Positions 31,368 to 40,036 of a DNA stretch of 64,000 nucleotides are shown here, one piece after another. The notes under the pieces are model-generated. The model was not told where the DNA came from. It made no database searches and saw nothing but the letters and a program-made list of their open reading frames with translations. Position 1 is the first letter of the stretch. Each line of letters opens with the position of its first letter. Made by a program: the position numbers and the translations under genes. Source of the DNA: Patescibacteria group bacterium (GTDB taxonomy: Bacteria > Patescibacteriota > UBA1384 > XYA2-FULL-43-10 > 1-14-0-10-43-13); contig JBAYHC010000002.1 of the NCBI GenBank assembly GCA_041666325.1, forward strand, positions 51,635-115,634. Reading direction: 5' to 3'.

Positions 31368-31925
31368 GTGATGACGAAACCAGTCGAGACTGTTGAAGCA
31401 GCTTGGCGGCAGCTTGATCCGTCGCCGGAAAAGTTTCGTCAAGCTTTCTTTGCGCCTGGTGTTTCGGTTGCGACAATCCGGTTGAGTTGGCAGCAGAAGC
31501 GTCAACTACAGGATAGCGTGATCGCCGGCATCATTGGGGACGAGACTTTTGACTTGGATGATTTTCTTTATCTGGCGGAACATTGTTGTCTTGATTCGTG
31601 GGCTGGAGTCGGAGATCGCAATGGTCGCTGGGATGATGCTGGAGAGATTCTTTATGCCGAGGCGGTCAAAGCCGGCAATGAGTCTGCTTGCCGAAGCATC
31701 GAGAAATGGAAGGACCGACCAGCTATATTATATGAAGGTGCGCGCATGTATGTTGGTCGGCTTTTCTTTCGCCTAGGGGAGGAATTGAGGTGTACCAGCA
31801 TTAACACTGCGAAGAGATTCGTCGTCTCAGTTCTTATCGAGAGAAGCTTGCGTCCGAGTAAACCGCAACAGCGGCGCATCAATTGGAGTGAGTTTGAGCT
31901 TGTCGACCCGCAGCCTCCGTCATAG
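31368..31925 (+). CDS. Hypothetical protein (185 aa)
   Basis: ORF with RBS ggaggtgag upstream; no motif recognised. Confidence 0.4.
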   Translation: MMTKPVETVEAAWRQLDPSPEKFRQAFFAPGVSVATIRLSWQQKRQLQDSVIAGIIGDETFDLDDFLYLAEHCCLDSWAGVGDRNGRWDDAGEILYAEAVKAGNESACRSIEKWKDRPAILYEGARMYVGRLFFRLGEELRCTSINTAKRFVVSVLIERSLRPSKPQQRRINWSEFELVDPQPPS

Positions 31926-31977
31926 GAGGCCTTTTTAAAACAAAAACTCCGGCGGGGCCGGAGGAAGCGGAACACAA

Positions 31978-32739
31978 TCAAATGTTCAGTTGGGGACGAG
32001 CCTGGTCGTTCTTGGGCACATCCTTCTCGAGGATGACCTCAGTCTTGCTGCCTATTTCAAAAACTTCTCCCGATATCAATATCCGTGCCATCGGTGCTTG
32101 CCAGCCATCTATGCCTGATGGGACGAGAATGGATCGGAATGATCCTTTGGCAAGACAGTCTACTTGGCCATTTGCTCGCCGGTAAATGCGTATTCCCTCA
32201 AATTGGAATTTACTGTTGATAATATTTACCAACTCTAGCACCTGCCTATAGCAAGAGCTGTATTCATTGAAGTAGCCGAGAATGTTGGATAGCGTAATTT
32301 CAATCAGGTTGGCTGGCAATCTGGTTCGAGGTTGCGGTCGTCGAATAGCAGATACTACCCTCCAATCATGCGATAGGCTGATTTCAACAATCTGTTTCTC
32401 TGTATAGCTCTCGTCGGCTGCGTGTGTGACGGACGATAACGCCAGATAGATATCGGCTGGGTAACTATCGGGTTGGAGTGTGCCGCCAATCTGAATGGGC
32501 TTACAGTAGATGCCGATTGGGTTTCCGCTAAAGGATAATTTGCAAGATGGATCGGCAAGCTCAAGCTCTGTTTGGCTTTGGCCGTGATAGTGTAAAAACT
32601 CTCTGCTCGCCGAGTTTACTTTGTCTGCAGTTGTGTAAACTCTAGCGCAGAGTTCATCAAGCTCCAAGAGTGCTCTTCGTAGATTGGGCGTAGATTTGCG
32701 CGCGTTCTTTCCGATCAATCTGTACCTCCTTCCAGCCAA
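31978..32739 (-). CDS. Hypothetical protein (<=253 aa), lower GC than neighbours
   Basis: ORF only; start uncertain. Confidence 0.35.
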   Translation of the reverse strand: MAGRRYRLIGKNARKSTPNLRRALLELDELCARVYTTADKVNSASREFLHYHGQSQTELELADPSCKLSFSGNPIGIYCKPIQIGGTLQPDSYPADIYLALSSVTHAADESYTEKQIVEISLSHDWRVVSAIRRPQPRTRLPANLIEITLSNILGYFNEYSSCYRQVLELVNIINSKFQFEGIRIYRRANGQVDCLAKGSFRSILVPSGIDGWQAPMARILISGEVFEIGSKTEVILEKDVPKNDQARPQLNI

Positions 32740-32987
32740 AGCCTTCAGCCTTGACTCAAAATATATCTACTCTCCGGGATTAATTATGTCAACACGGGTT
32801 TTGCCGGCATTGTTAAATTGGCTCGGTTCAGTATAGACTAAATGGCTACGGTTTTTTGTAGCAAGGACAATCCAGCCAGGCGATAAAGCCCCACCCAAAA
32901 GGTGGGGCTTGTCGTATATTTTAATAAATTTAATCAGTCTAATATTAATTAATATTATCTTATACCACAAATGAGCACTATTAGCCC

Positions 32988-33016
32988 TTGACAAGTTATG
33001 GTATAAAATATATAAT
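32988..33016 (+). promoter_or_regulatory. Orphan consensus sigma70 promoter TTGACA-17-TATAAT
   Basis: cTTGACAagttatggtataaaataTATAATg; no ORF downstream. Confidence 0.6.
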
Positions 33017-33022
33017 GATCTA

Positions 33023-33160
33023 ATCACTTTAAAAATTGAATACAAATGCCTGGAGGGGCAAGAGATCGTATCTGGTAGCTCGTAGCTAGTGTTTGGGTAA
33101 ATGCTAATTGCCGAATACCGATTACGATAAAAAGCGCCTCCACCACAAGGCGCTTTTTAT
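33023..33160 (+). ncRNA. Candidate small non-coding RNA (~138 nt) between orphan promoter and perfect terminator
   Basis: Only a 10-codon ORF present; bounded by consensus promoter and 10-bp-stem terminator. Confidence 0.4.
33129..33160. terminator. Rho-independent (bidirectional-capable) terminator
   Basis: AAAAAGCGCC-tccaccacaa-GGCGCTTTTT perfect 10-bp stem, A-run before and T-run after. Confidence 0.8.
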
Positions 33161-33529
33161 TAGCTCGAGTGAGATGGGGATGAGGGGTCTGCTCCGCCTT
33201 TCATCGAGGGAAATCAATCTATAAAAATTTATGACTGATTCCCCCCAGCTCAGTCTAGCTAAAATAAAGCTAGAAGAAACAACCCAAAGTCAAACAGGAA
33301 CAGAAGAACAAAAACAGAAAAACAAGAAAAAGACAGAGGGGAAAAACAAAAAAGTAGGAAGAAATCAAAGGTGTCTTTTATGAAACAATATGTTTCATGG
33401 GGGGTACCACAAACGATTTAAAAAGTCGCTTTGCGGCCCTTCCTACGAGCGCAAGTTGAAGTGACCGGACAATAATTAAAAATATTTGTTTCCGATTAGT
33501 TCACAAATCACTTGCGCTCAAACAAAAGC

Positions 33530-33552
33530 CTCCGATTCAGTCGGAGTTTTTT
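33530..33552 (+). terminator. Rho-independent terminator ending a structured non-coding segment
   Basis: CTCCGA-ttcag-TCGGAG then TTTTTTG; preceded by long-range pairing GAGCGCAAGT...ACTTGCGCTC (33436-33446 / 33508-33518). Confidence 0.65.
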
Positions 33553-33696
33553 GTTTGAGAGAATATAGTCTAATTGATTCTTGCGATTGACGTGTCTCGA
33601 GACAGAAGGCTCAAACGGGTCATGTCCCATTCGAAAACAAAAAGCCCTCGGCCACGGGACCGAAGGGCGGAGAAGCGAGCTCTGTGCGGCTGGTGC

Positions 33697-34764
33697 CTAC
33701 GGCTTGAAGAGTGGCCAGCCTATTCCTATTACCACCATGAGTGCGACAAAGGCGCTGATGATGGCTGTTTGGAAGCGTGCGACTGGGTTTGACATCTGGA
33801 CCCAGAATTCAGCGATCTTACCCTTGGGCTGCTTGAGCAGCGGTTTTGGTTCGGGATTGAGCAGGAAGAAGATAAAGCTGCAGATGAGTGAGAAGATAAT
33901 CAACAGTGCCAGGATGGCTCTCCCTCCTATTCTGTGGGAAAACTCTGGTGTCGGCGCTGTGCTAGGGCTGCCTATTCCAGAGAGAACCCCCTGCTTTTTC
34001 ATGGTTTCGATTGTCTGGTTGACCACGAACACGATCTCTTTCTGCCCCATGGGCTCGACAATTCCTGCAAGCTTGCCTGCCTCTCTCTGCTTTCTCATCC
34101 AGCTCAGGAAGGTTTCCTGGTTTGCTCTGCCGCCGAGCGGTTGAGCCTTGATTGCCCTGATCTCCTTCCATGTGTCGCGAATCTGCTCCAGCGCAAACTG
34201 CTGTGTTTGGAGAATGACAGGGGACGAGTATACCACGCGAGTTGCCGGTATGTCTGCAGTGGCTTCGGTGGGTTCGTGTTGAGTAGTATAGGCTTTAGTG
34301 GGAGGGGGGACGACGGGAGCGCTGGGGATTGGTCCGGCAGGACCAGCCTTGGGCAAAGTGTTTTTCGTCAGGGTGCCTCCGGCCAGAGCCGATCTTGGCA
34401 CTCGCTGTTGAGGTGTGGGCAACGCTTGCTGCAGAAGCTTGTTTTGCTCCCTGACAAGCGTGCGTAGCTCTTCGACTTCTGCGCGGTAGCTCCTGATCTC
34501 TAGTTTGAGGTTATCCAGCTCGGTATTTGGCGGGGTCTCGGCGATTGGCGGTGTTGCAGTATTCGGAGCTATTGCGGGCGACGATAGCGCGATTTGGGTC
34601 GTTGAGCCAGTGCTCTCGGGCACAGCTGTTGCAACGACATTTGTTGCCATCGGTGCGGTTGCGGTCAGTAGCGGTTGCTGTGCCTTGGTCGGCACGACTG
34701 CGACGGTCAGGCTGAGCCCGAATGCCGCGATGATTCCTGCTGCTTTGCGTGCGAACGATTTCAT
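33697..34764 (-). CDS. Secreted Pro/Thr/Ala-rich protein with coiled-coil and C-terminal hydrophobic anchor segments (hypothetical)
   Basis: 355 aa; signal peptide MKSFARKAAGIIAAFGLSLTVAVVPTKA; ~57% GC. Confidence 0.5.
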   Translation of the reverse strand: MKSFARKAAGIIAAFGLSLTVAVVPTKAQQPLLTATAPMATNVVATAVPESTGSTTQIALSSPAIAPNTATPPIAETPPNTELDNLKLEIRSYRAEVEELRTLVREQNKLLQQALPTPQQRVPRSALAGGTLTKNTLPKAGPAGPIPSAPVVPPPTKAYTTQHEPTEATADIPATRVVYSSPVILQTQQFALEQIRDTWKEIRAIKAQPLGGRANQETFLSWMRKQREAGKLAGIVEPMGQKEIVFVVNQTIETMKKQGVLSGIGSPSTAPTPEFSHRIGGRAILALLIIFSLICSFIFFLLNPEPKPLLKQPKGKIAEFWVQMSNPVARFQTAIISAFVALMVVIGIGWPLFKP

Positions 34765-35016
34765 CTCTGCGTCCTTTCCGGTGAAGCGGAGTGTTGCATA
34801 CTGTTGTTTGGCGGGATGTCCTTATCTGCCAAACTGCGCATTTCAAAGTGCAGCAGGATAGCTTATCACACCATTAATAAATGACAAGGGCTTTTGTGCC
34901 CGGACTTGTTTTGTCAATTTGTGATAATTAAACCCACAAAATTAGTTGACTAAAAAAAGATCTCTGCTAGCATGTAGTTGCTCTAAGCGTGTGCTTGGAC
35001 AGGCAAGGGGGAACAA

Positions 35017-36099
35017 ATGTCGACAGTTGATCTGAGCCGGCATATTGGGTGCTTGGGTCATCTTGCTTATCAGGCTGACAATTCGCTTGGTCGCCGTTAT
35101 AACGAGTATGACGAAAAGTGGCTTGATGGTATCGTTGGGCCGTTCGTTATTGATGCGAAGATTGTCGATGAGTCAAAAGCAGTGAGGAGACAAAGGCGAA
35201 AAACGCAAGTCTTTACTGGTACTGTTAACTCTCATATGAGAGACAGGGATGTTCACGCCAGGGAGGTTATATCCAACGCTGTGATTATGGCAAGCATTTT
35301 GGGGCTAAATCCTGAGATGTGTAGGGTAGGCGCCATCGCTCATGATTGCTGCCATCTGCCTGGGGGCCATCCAGCAGAGCGGATTCTAAGTAGATTAAGT
35401 GGGCGGAAAATCAAGCACAACCGGCTCTTTTGCGTTATCGGCCAGCATGTTGAGCGCAAGGGGCAAGGATTGCCCTTGCTTTTCGAGACTTATGAGATCG
35501 TTTTGTTCCACTCGGCCGATGAGCACATTCGTCCAGTTAAGATTCTGCCGAAAGAGTATTTTCTCTTGGCGTTTGCCGATACTGCTGCCTTCATCACTGC
35601 TGATCCTGAGGATGCTGTCAAACGTATGCGTTTTATCTCCCCGGCTGATTTTCCGCCTGAGTTTTGGGTTATGGGAAACACGCAAAGAGAGAGGCAGCGA
35701 TACATTGTCAGTCGCTTGGTTAAAGAATCGGCCAGAGATGGTCGAGTGTCATTTACCGATGAGGCATTTGAAGTTACAAAAAGGTGGATGTATGAGCATC
35801 TTTATTATCCTGCTAACTCGATTGCCTTTGCCGATGCGCTTGAGCGAACTTATGCGTTTGTGGCAACCTCGACGATCTTTGAAGGTTGCGATCCGGTGCT
35901 TGTCATTGCTCTAATGATCGATGACGATGTGATGCATCTTGACCGGATCTTGCAGTTGGGTAGAGGACCTGAGATTAGAGACTTTGAGGACAGGGGTTTC
36001 TGGGAGCTGGTTCCTGGTATTCGGGGCCGAGAGATTGATCTTGAAAATCCAGATCTTGATTGGGGTCTGGAGCGCTGGCAAAATCGTAACCGTGAGTGA
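35017..36099 (+). CDS. HD-domain phosphohydrolase, dGTP-triphosphohydrolase-like
   Basis: Motifs HAREVISNA and AIAHDCCHLPGGHPAERIL parallel dGTPase HSLEVAQ / LLHDIGHPPFGH. Confidence 0.5.
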   Translation: MSTVDLSRHIGCLGHLAYQADNSLGRRYNEYDEKWLDGIVGPFVIDAKIVDESKAVRRQRRKTQVFTGTVNSHMRDRDVHAREVISNAVIMASILGLNPEMCRVGAIAHDCCHLPGGHPAERILSRLSGRKIKHNRLFCVIGQHVERKGQGLPLLFETYEIVLFHSADEHIRPVKILPKEYFLLAFADTAAFITADPEDAVKRMRFISPADFPPEFWVMGNTQRERQRYIVSRLVKESARDGRVSFTDEAFEVTKRWMYEHLYYPANSIAFADALERTYAFVATSTIFEGCDPVLVIALMIDDDVMHLDRILQLGRGPEIRDFEDRGFWELVPGIRGREIDLENPDLDWGLERWQNRNRE

Positions 36100-36115
36100 T
36101 CCCTCACGGTTTTTT
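36088..36115. terminator. Convergent-gene terminator
   Basis: AACCGTGAG-tgatcc-CTCACGGTT + TTTTT; stop codon of 35017-36099 lies in loop. Confidence 0.75.
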
Positions 36116-36117
36116 AA

Positions 36118-36837
36118 TTATTGAGTTGTTGCTAGAGAGGCTAACTTTTGAACAATTAAATTTTCGATATATGTCTTGATTTCTAGTTGTTCCTTAATCG
36201 TATTTGTAAGCTCTATGGCGATGATGGGTGCGAAATAGCGAAGTGGAAACTGCTGCAGATAATTTAGCTGTTCCATGTCATCCATGTGGTGCGCATCATA
36301 GCAAACCATGCCCTGTTGATTGATTTCCGGTTTCGTGCCGATGGCGCTAACATGGTTGACCAAGATGGGATAGCGGTCTAGAAGGGGAATGGTTTTTGCA
36401 TAGTTGCCGGATTTGGCTAGTCTGTCACTCTCCAGGTGGGCAAAGTCAAGGCAGAGGCCCGCATATGATCCTAACTCATTTTCTGGTAATCCCAATTCGG
36501 TCGAGGTGTTTTCGAGAGCAATTATGGATCGCAATTCTCCCAGGTCGTATTCCAGTGGGTATTCTGAGTTGGAATGGAGGTTGAATAGTTTGGTGCCAAA
36601 TCTTTTAATTAGATAGTGGTATTCATCTGGCGCCATATCCTGACGAGCGTGGACGAATGGTATTGATATTCCACCCACTTTCTCAAGCGCACGATAATAT
36701 TCTTGTCTTTCGTCTAGCTTAATGCTGGTTAGGAAGAGGGAGAGCTCTCTGATCTTGAGCTGTGCGATATCTCTGATTTGGCTCTTCCAGTCTTTTTGTT
36801 CAAAGGATGTAATGGAAACAAGAACCTTATGTTCCAT
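36118..36837 (-). CDS. Xylose-isomerase-like TIM-barrel (sugar phosphate isomerase/epimerase / AP-endonuclease-2 fold) protein
   Basis: 239 aa; LCLDFAHLE resembles the v-x-lDtaH motif of AP_endonuc_2 family; weak. Confidence 0.35.
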   Translation of the reverse strand: MEHKVLVSITSFEQKDWKSQIRDIAQLKIRELSLFLTSIKLDERQEYYRALEKVGGISIPFVHARQDMAPDEYHYLIKRFGTKLFNLHSNSEYPLEYDLGELRSIIALENTSTELGLPENELGSYAGLCLDFAHLESDRLAKSGNYAKTIPLLDRYPILVNHVSAIGTKPEINQQGMVCYDAHHMDDMEQLNYLQQFPLRYFAPIIAIELTNTIKEQLEIKTYIENLIVQKLASLATTQ

Positions 36838-36909
36838 AGAACCTTTCGGCTAAGTGTTTCTTAAAAAGATACACCTAGTCTAGATTATGAGCAATAGTTC
36901 TATTGGGTA

Positions 36910-37659
36910 TTATACGTATTGTGCTCCGATCCAAGCGAGCTCGAAGATCATTCGTTGAGTTTTGGCGATGCTTTCAGATTCAATAATAACGGCCATGATC
37001 TCGCCTTGAGTGGAGAGGATGGCGACTTTATTACCATAAATATCGATCTCATTTGTAAATGGGAATTTATCAGCTGGGACAAAGCGCGAGGTGCGAAGTT
37101 GTTCGGTATCTTTATTGGTGTATTTCCGAGTCTCTGGTGTGTCAACAACGATGGAGCGAGCACTGATCTTTTTAGCGACGCGATCTTTGATGTAAGCGGC
37201 TGAGAACTCAGGCTCCTTGGTGTAGAAGCCCTCGGCTGTGGCATAAGAGATAATTTCGCTGCCTTCTTTTTGTTGCAAAGTATCATAAAGGGCAGTTTTT
37301 AAGCCTTCTCTGCCCTCAAAAAACCGGACCTTTGGCCGATCTCCAACGGTTTTTTCTAAGACTTTTAACTCCGGCATAGCACTCTCAAATCGCTTGAATT
37401 TCTCTTCTTGGATTTTTTTGAATTGTTCAATGGAGACAGCAGAGTAGTGCTTTTTGCCCCGAATCTCAACTTCAGAGACGATCGCTTTATCCATCAAATC
37501 TTTCAAAATATCATAGGCAAAGGTGCGCTGAATACCGGCGTCCTCGGCAATTGTACTAACGGTGCTTTGACCTAACTTTAAAGCGGCCAAGTAGATTTTG
37601 GCTTCTTGCGGTCGCATGCCGAGATCGGTCAATAATTTTTCATAACTTTGATTTTCCAT
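36910..37659 (-). CDS. TrmB-family transcriptional regulator
   Basis: N-terminal wHTH LGMRPQEAKIYLAALKLGQSTVSTIAEDAGIQRTFAYDILKDLMDKAIV typical of TrmB. Confidence 0.6.
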   Translation of the reverse strand: MENQSYEKLLTDLGMRPQEAKIYLAALKLGQSTVSTIAEDAGIQRTFAYDILKDLMDKAIVSEVEIRGKKHYSAVSIEQFKKIQEEKFKRFESAMPELKVLEKTVGDRPKVRFFEGREGLKTALYDTLQQKEGSEIISYATAEGFYTKEPEFSAAYIKDRVAKKISARSIVVDTPETRKYTNKDTEQLRTSRFVPADKFPFTNEIDIYGNKVAILSTQGEIMAVIIESESIAKTQRMIFELAWIGAQYV

Positions 37660-37677
37660 TTGTTGTCCTATTTATGC

Positions 37678-37756
37678 TGTCATTCCAGCCTGGGGCTAGA
37701 GAGCTGGAATACAGGCTATTGTTTCTGGATCCCAAATCAAGTTTGGGATGACACAA
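37678..37756. mobile_element. MITE-like palindromic element copy 1 (solo)
   Basis: TGTCATTCCAGCCTGG...GAGAGCTGGAAT...TGGATCCCAAATCAAGTTTGGGATGACACAA; terminal inverted repeats TGTCATYCCAG / CTGGRATGACA. Confidence 0.55.
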
Positions 37757-37966
37757 TTATTTTACACTCACATTGTATCTTATTTACGACAATATGTCAA
37801 TATCTAGATACGATGAGGAAAAAATATCAAGAAAATGTGTATCAGCTAATTGACATAATCAATTAATTCTGTTAAAATAGTGCGTTGCAGAGTTGGAAAC
37901 GGCTTTGCAAAGAACCGGCGCAATCACGTGTCAGACAAAACGTCTACAGTTGAAAGGGAGAATCAA

Positions 37967-38512
37967 ATGACTGAGAAGACATACACCGAGAAGATGGACG
38001 ATCTGGCGTATGAGATCTTCAGTCTCATCCTAACAGCGCAAGCACGACTTTGTCTGCACGAGGCCGATCAAATAGCTGGAATGCAGGTTCCGTGCGGCAA
38101 GGGAACAGCGACTGGGGACATAAGTTGGAGAGAAAATGAGCCTTACTGTGAGGTAAGGTTTCGTCATCAGATTCGGACTGGGAGTTGCAGCGTTATTATC
38201 CGCATCGGGGGGAGTCCAAAGGACGTCCATTGGTCTGCGAGCTATTCCGAGCGGACTAAAACGGGTGAATTTATCCGCCAATATATAGAGTACGATGCGG
38301 TTTCGTGTGAGCTCCGGGGCTATAAGACTGGCCGGCTGGCAGAAGAACCTGGCGCCTGGCTCGATGACTCACGGAATGACGATGATGTGCACTGGCGGAC
38401 CACCTTCTGCCCGGAGGCGGAACAGCGGGCTTTACATGACTTAGAGGCCATCTTGGATGACCTTAAAGCCAAGAGAGGACAGTGGGTCATACAGCGTCTG
38501 GCGACGATGTGA
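37967..38512 (+). CDS. Hypothetical protein (181 aa), GC ~55%
   Basis: Start ATG after RBS aaagggag; no motif. Confidence 0.4.
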   Translation: MTEKTYTEKMDDLAYEIFSLILTAQARLCLHEADQIAGMQVPCGKGTATGDISWRENEPYCEVRFRHQIRTGSCSVIIRIGGSPKDVHWSASYSERTKTGEFIRQYIEYDAVSCELRGYKTGRLAEEPGAWLDDSRNDDDVHWRTTFCPEAEQRALHDLEAILDDLKAKRGQWVIQRLATM

Positions 38513-38610
38513 GTACGTCTTCAACCTTCAGACCGTCCCGATAGCCGCTTTGGCGGCTATCGGGGCTAACTGAGGGGTGAAAGCGTGTTCTCGGAAAGGG
38601 GAAAGTGTGA

Positions 38611-39347
38611 TGGGAATCTTCATTAAAGCCCATGATGGGCTGATCGAGTTTCGATTTCTGGTTGATAAGGAGTGGGAGGAGAGTGTAAGACGGTTTCGGT
38701 CCAGCCAGCTGGAGTTTGATTTCCTGGCTGGTGGGAGTTCGTGGAAGAAAGTGGTGGTTGGAGCAGAAGGGAAGGTGGAGATCGTTTTTAGAAAGGCGAT
38801 CGATTGGCACCGAATAATGGAATTACCCAAAGCGTTGCATGATCTGCCTGCCTATGTACAGTATGGGCTGCTTAGCAGTGCCCTTTTGTACGATCTGATG
38901 CCTCACAGCCTAGCTGAATGGGAAGGGACATATTTTCTGTTTAGACAGAACAATGGTCGGGTGGCGGTCAAGCACAATGGCATCGTGGAGCGACTTCCTG
39001 ATTGGGAGAGAGACGAGCGCGAGGAGGAGTTAGGGCGAGAGAGCTTGATGCGGAAAGCTCGCCAGAAGCGTGAAGATCGGCTGGAAAGAAAGCAGAGACG
39101 GAGACAGAAGAAACAACTGCCACAACCGCCAGTGCGTCTTGCCGCCTCCGGAGATCAGATCTGGGGTGGCGGAACAACGAAAGGCAAAACACAACTTCTA
39201 CGCAAGTTCTGCTGGCTGGTTGTCGGGGTGAATGGTGTCTGGCACATGGGGAACCTGATTTTCTCCTGGCCGGATTCACCGCGATGGCTAGCCTATCTCT
39301 CCTTACTAATGTTCTGTTACCTCTTTCTGCACCGAAAGAGGACCTGA
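38611..39347 (+). CDS. Hypothetical protein with Arg/Glu-rich coiled segment and C-terminal hydrophobic helices, GC ~55%
   Basis: Start ATG after RBS aaagggga; perfect 10-bp hairpin CGATAGCCGC-tttg-GCGGCTATCG in upstream spacer. Confidence 0.4.
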
Positions 39348-39446
39348 GCACGGCTAAGGGTGAGATCCGACGCCTCGACCTGGCAAACGCCGGGGCGGGG
39401 CTTTTCGTATTTAGTATGCGCTGCTACAATGTCCTAGTAATGTGAC

Positions 39447-39560
39447 TGTCATCCCAGCCTGCAGGCCTGAAAGGTACCCTCTGGGTCTTGAGAGCTGGGA
39501 TCCAGAAATTAGTTTCCGGGAATTTATCACTGGATTCCAGGTCAAGCCTGGAATGACACA
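39447..39560. mobile_element. MITE-like palindromic element copy 2 (left flank of GIY-YIG gene)
   Basis: TGTCATCCCAGCCTGCAGG...CTTGAGAGCTGGGATCCAG...CCTGGAATGACACA. Confidence 0.55.
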
Positions 39561-39564
39561 GAAG

Positions 39565-39855
39565 ATGAAATCCTATTATATTTACATTCTTGCTAGCAAG
39601 CGCAATGGCACTTTGTATATTGGTGTTACGTCTGATTTGGTTAAACGGATTTGGGAGCATAAAAATAAAGTGGTTAAGGGTTTCACCAGCGAATACAATG
39701 TTTCGTTGCTGGAATATTATGAAGAAACGAGTGATGTGAGAAGTGCTATCAAAAGAGAAAAACAGTTGAAAGCGCGGAGACGAGAATGGAAACTAGAATT
39801 AATTGAGAAAGAAAATCCTGAGTGGAAAGATTTGTATCAGGATTTACTATCTTGA
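39565..39855 (+). CDS. GIY-YIG nuclease family protein (stand-alone, 96 aa)
   Basis: MKSYYIYILASKRNGTLYIGVTSDLVKRIWEHK = canonical GIY-YIG motif; ORF frame extends upstream into repeat but first ATG is 39565. Confidence 0.8.
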   Translation: MKSYYIYILASKRNGTLYIGVTSDLVKRIWEHKNKVVKGFTSEYNVSLLEYYEETSDVRSAIKREKQLKARRREWKLELIEKENPEWKDLYQDLLS

Positions 39856-39937
39856 CTGGATCTTAAATCAAGTTCAGGATGACGCTAAAGCGTCAACTAG
39901 ATCCCAGCTCTCAAGCTGACAGGCTGGGATGACACAA
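39856..39937. mobile_element. MITE-like palindromic element copy 3 (right flank of GIY-YIG gene, inverted relative to copy 2)
   Basis: CTGGATCTTAAATCAAGTTCAGGATGAC...CTAGATCCCAGCTCTCAAGCTGACAGGCTGGGATGACACAA; CAGGCTGGGATGACA is reverse complement of copy-2 start. Confidence 0.5.
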
Positions 39938-39977
39938 TGGTGTTAATTGGATACTAAATCAATGTAATTACTATTTA

Positions 39978-40032
39978 TGGATCCCGTATTAAGACCCACC
40001 GAGGGTCCCCTTTGTGGGGTACGGGATGACAA
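39978..40032. repeat. Partial member of same repeat family (TGGATCCC-hairpin-GGGATGACAA)
   Basis: TGGATCCCGTATTAAGACCCACCGAGGGTCCCCTTTGTGGGGTACGGGATGACAA; shares ends with tail module of copy 1. Confidence 0.4.
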
Positions 40033-40036
40033 GGGA

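Noticed and set aside
33380-33552. Considered tmRNA, SRP RNA or RNase P RNA in the structured non-coding segment
   Set aside because: No GGGG...tRNA-like acceptor/T-arm pair was seen. No SRP domain-IV GGAAG/GNRA motif or RNase P P4 consensus could be matched by eye. The segment is left as an unclassified structured element.
33581-34144. 187-aa plus-strand ORF antisense to 33697-34764
   Set aside because: The minus-strand 355-aa frame is longer, starts with a clear signal peptide and has coherent Pro-rich/coiled-coil composition. The plus ORF is an antisense shadow in GC-rich DNA.
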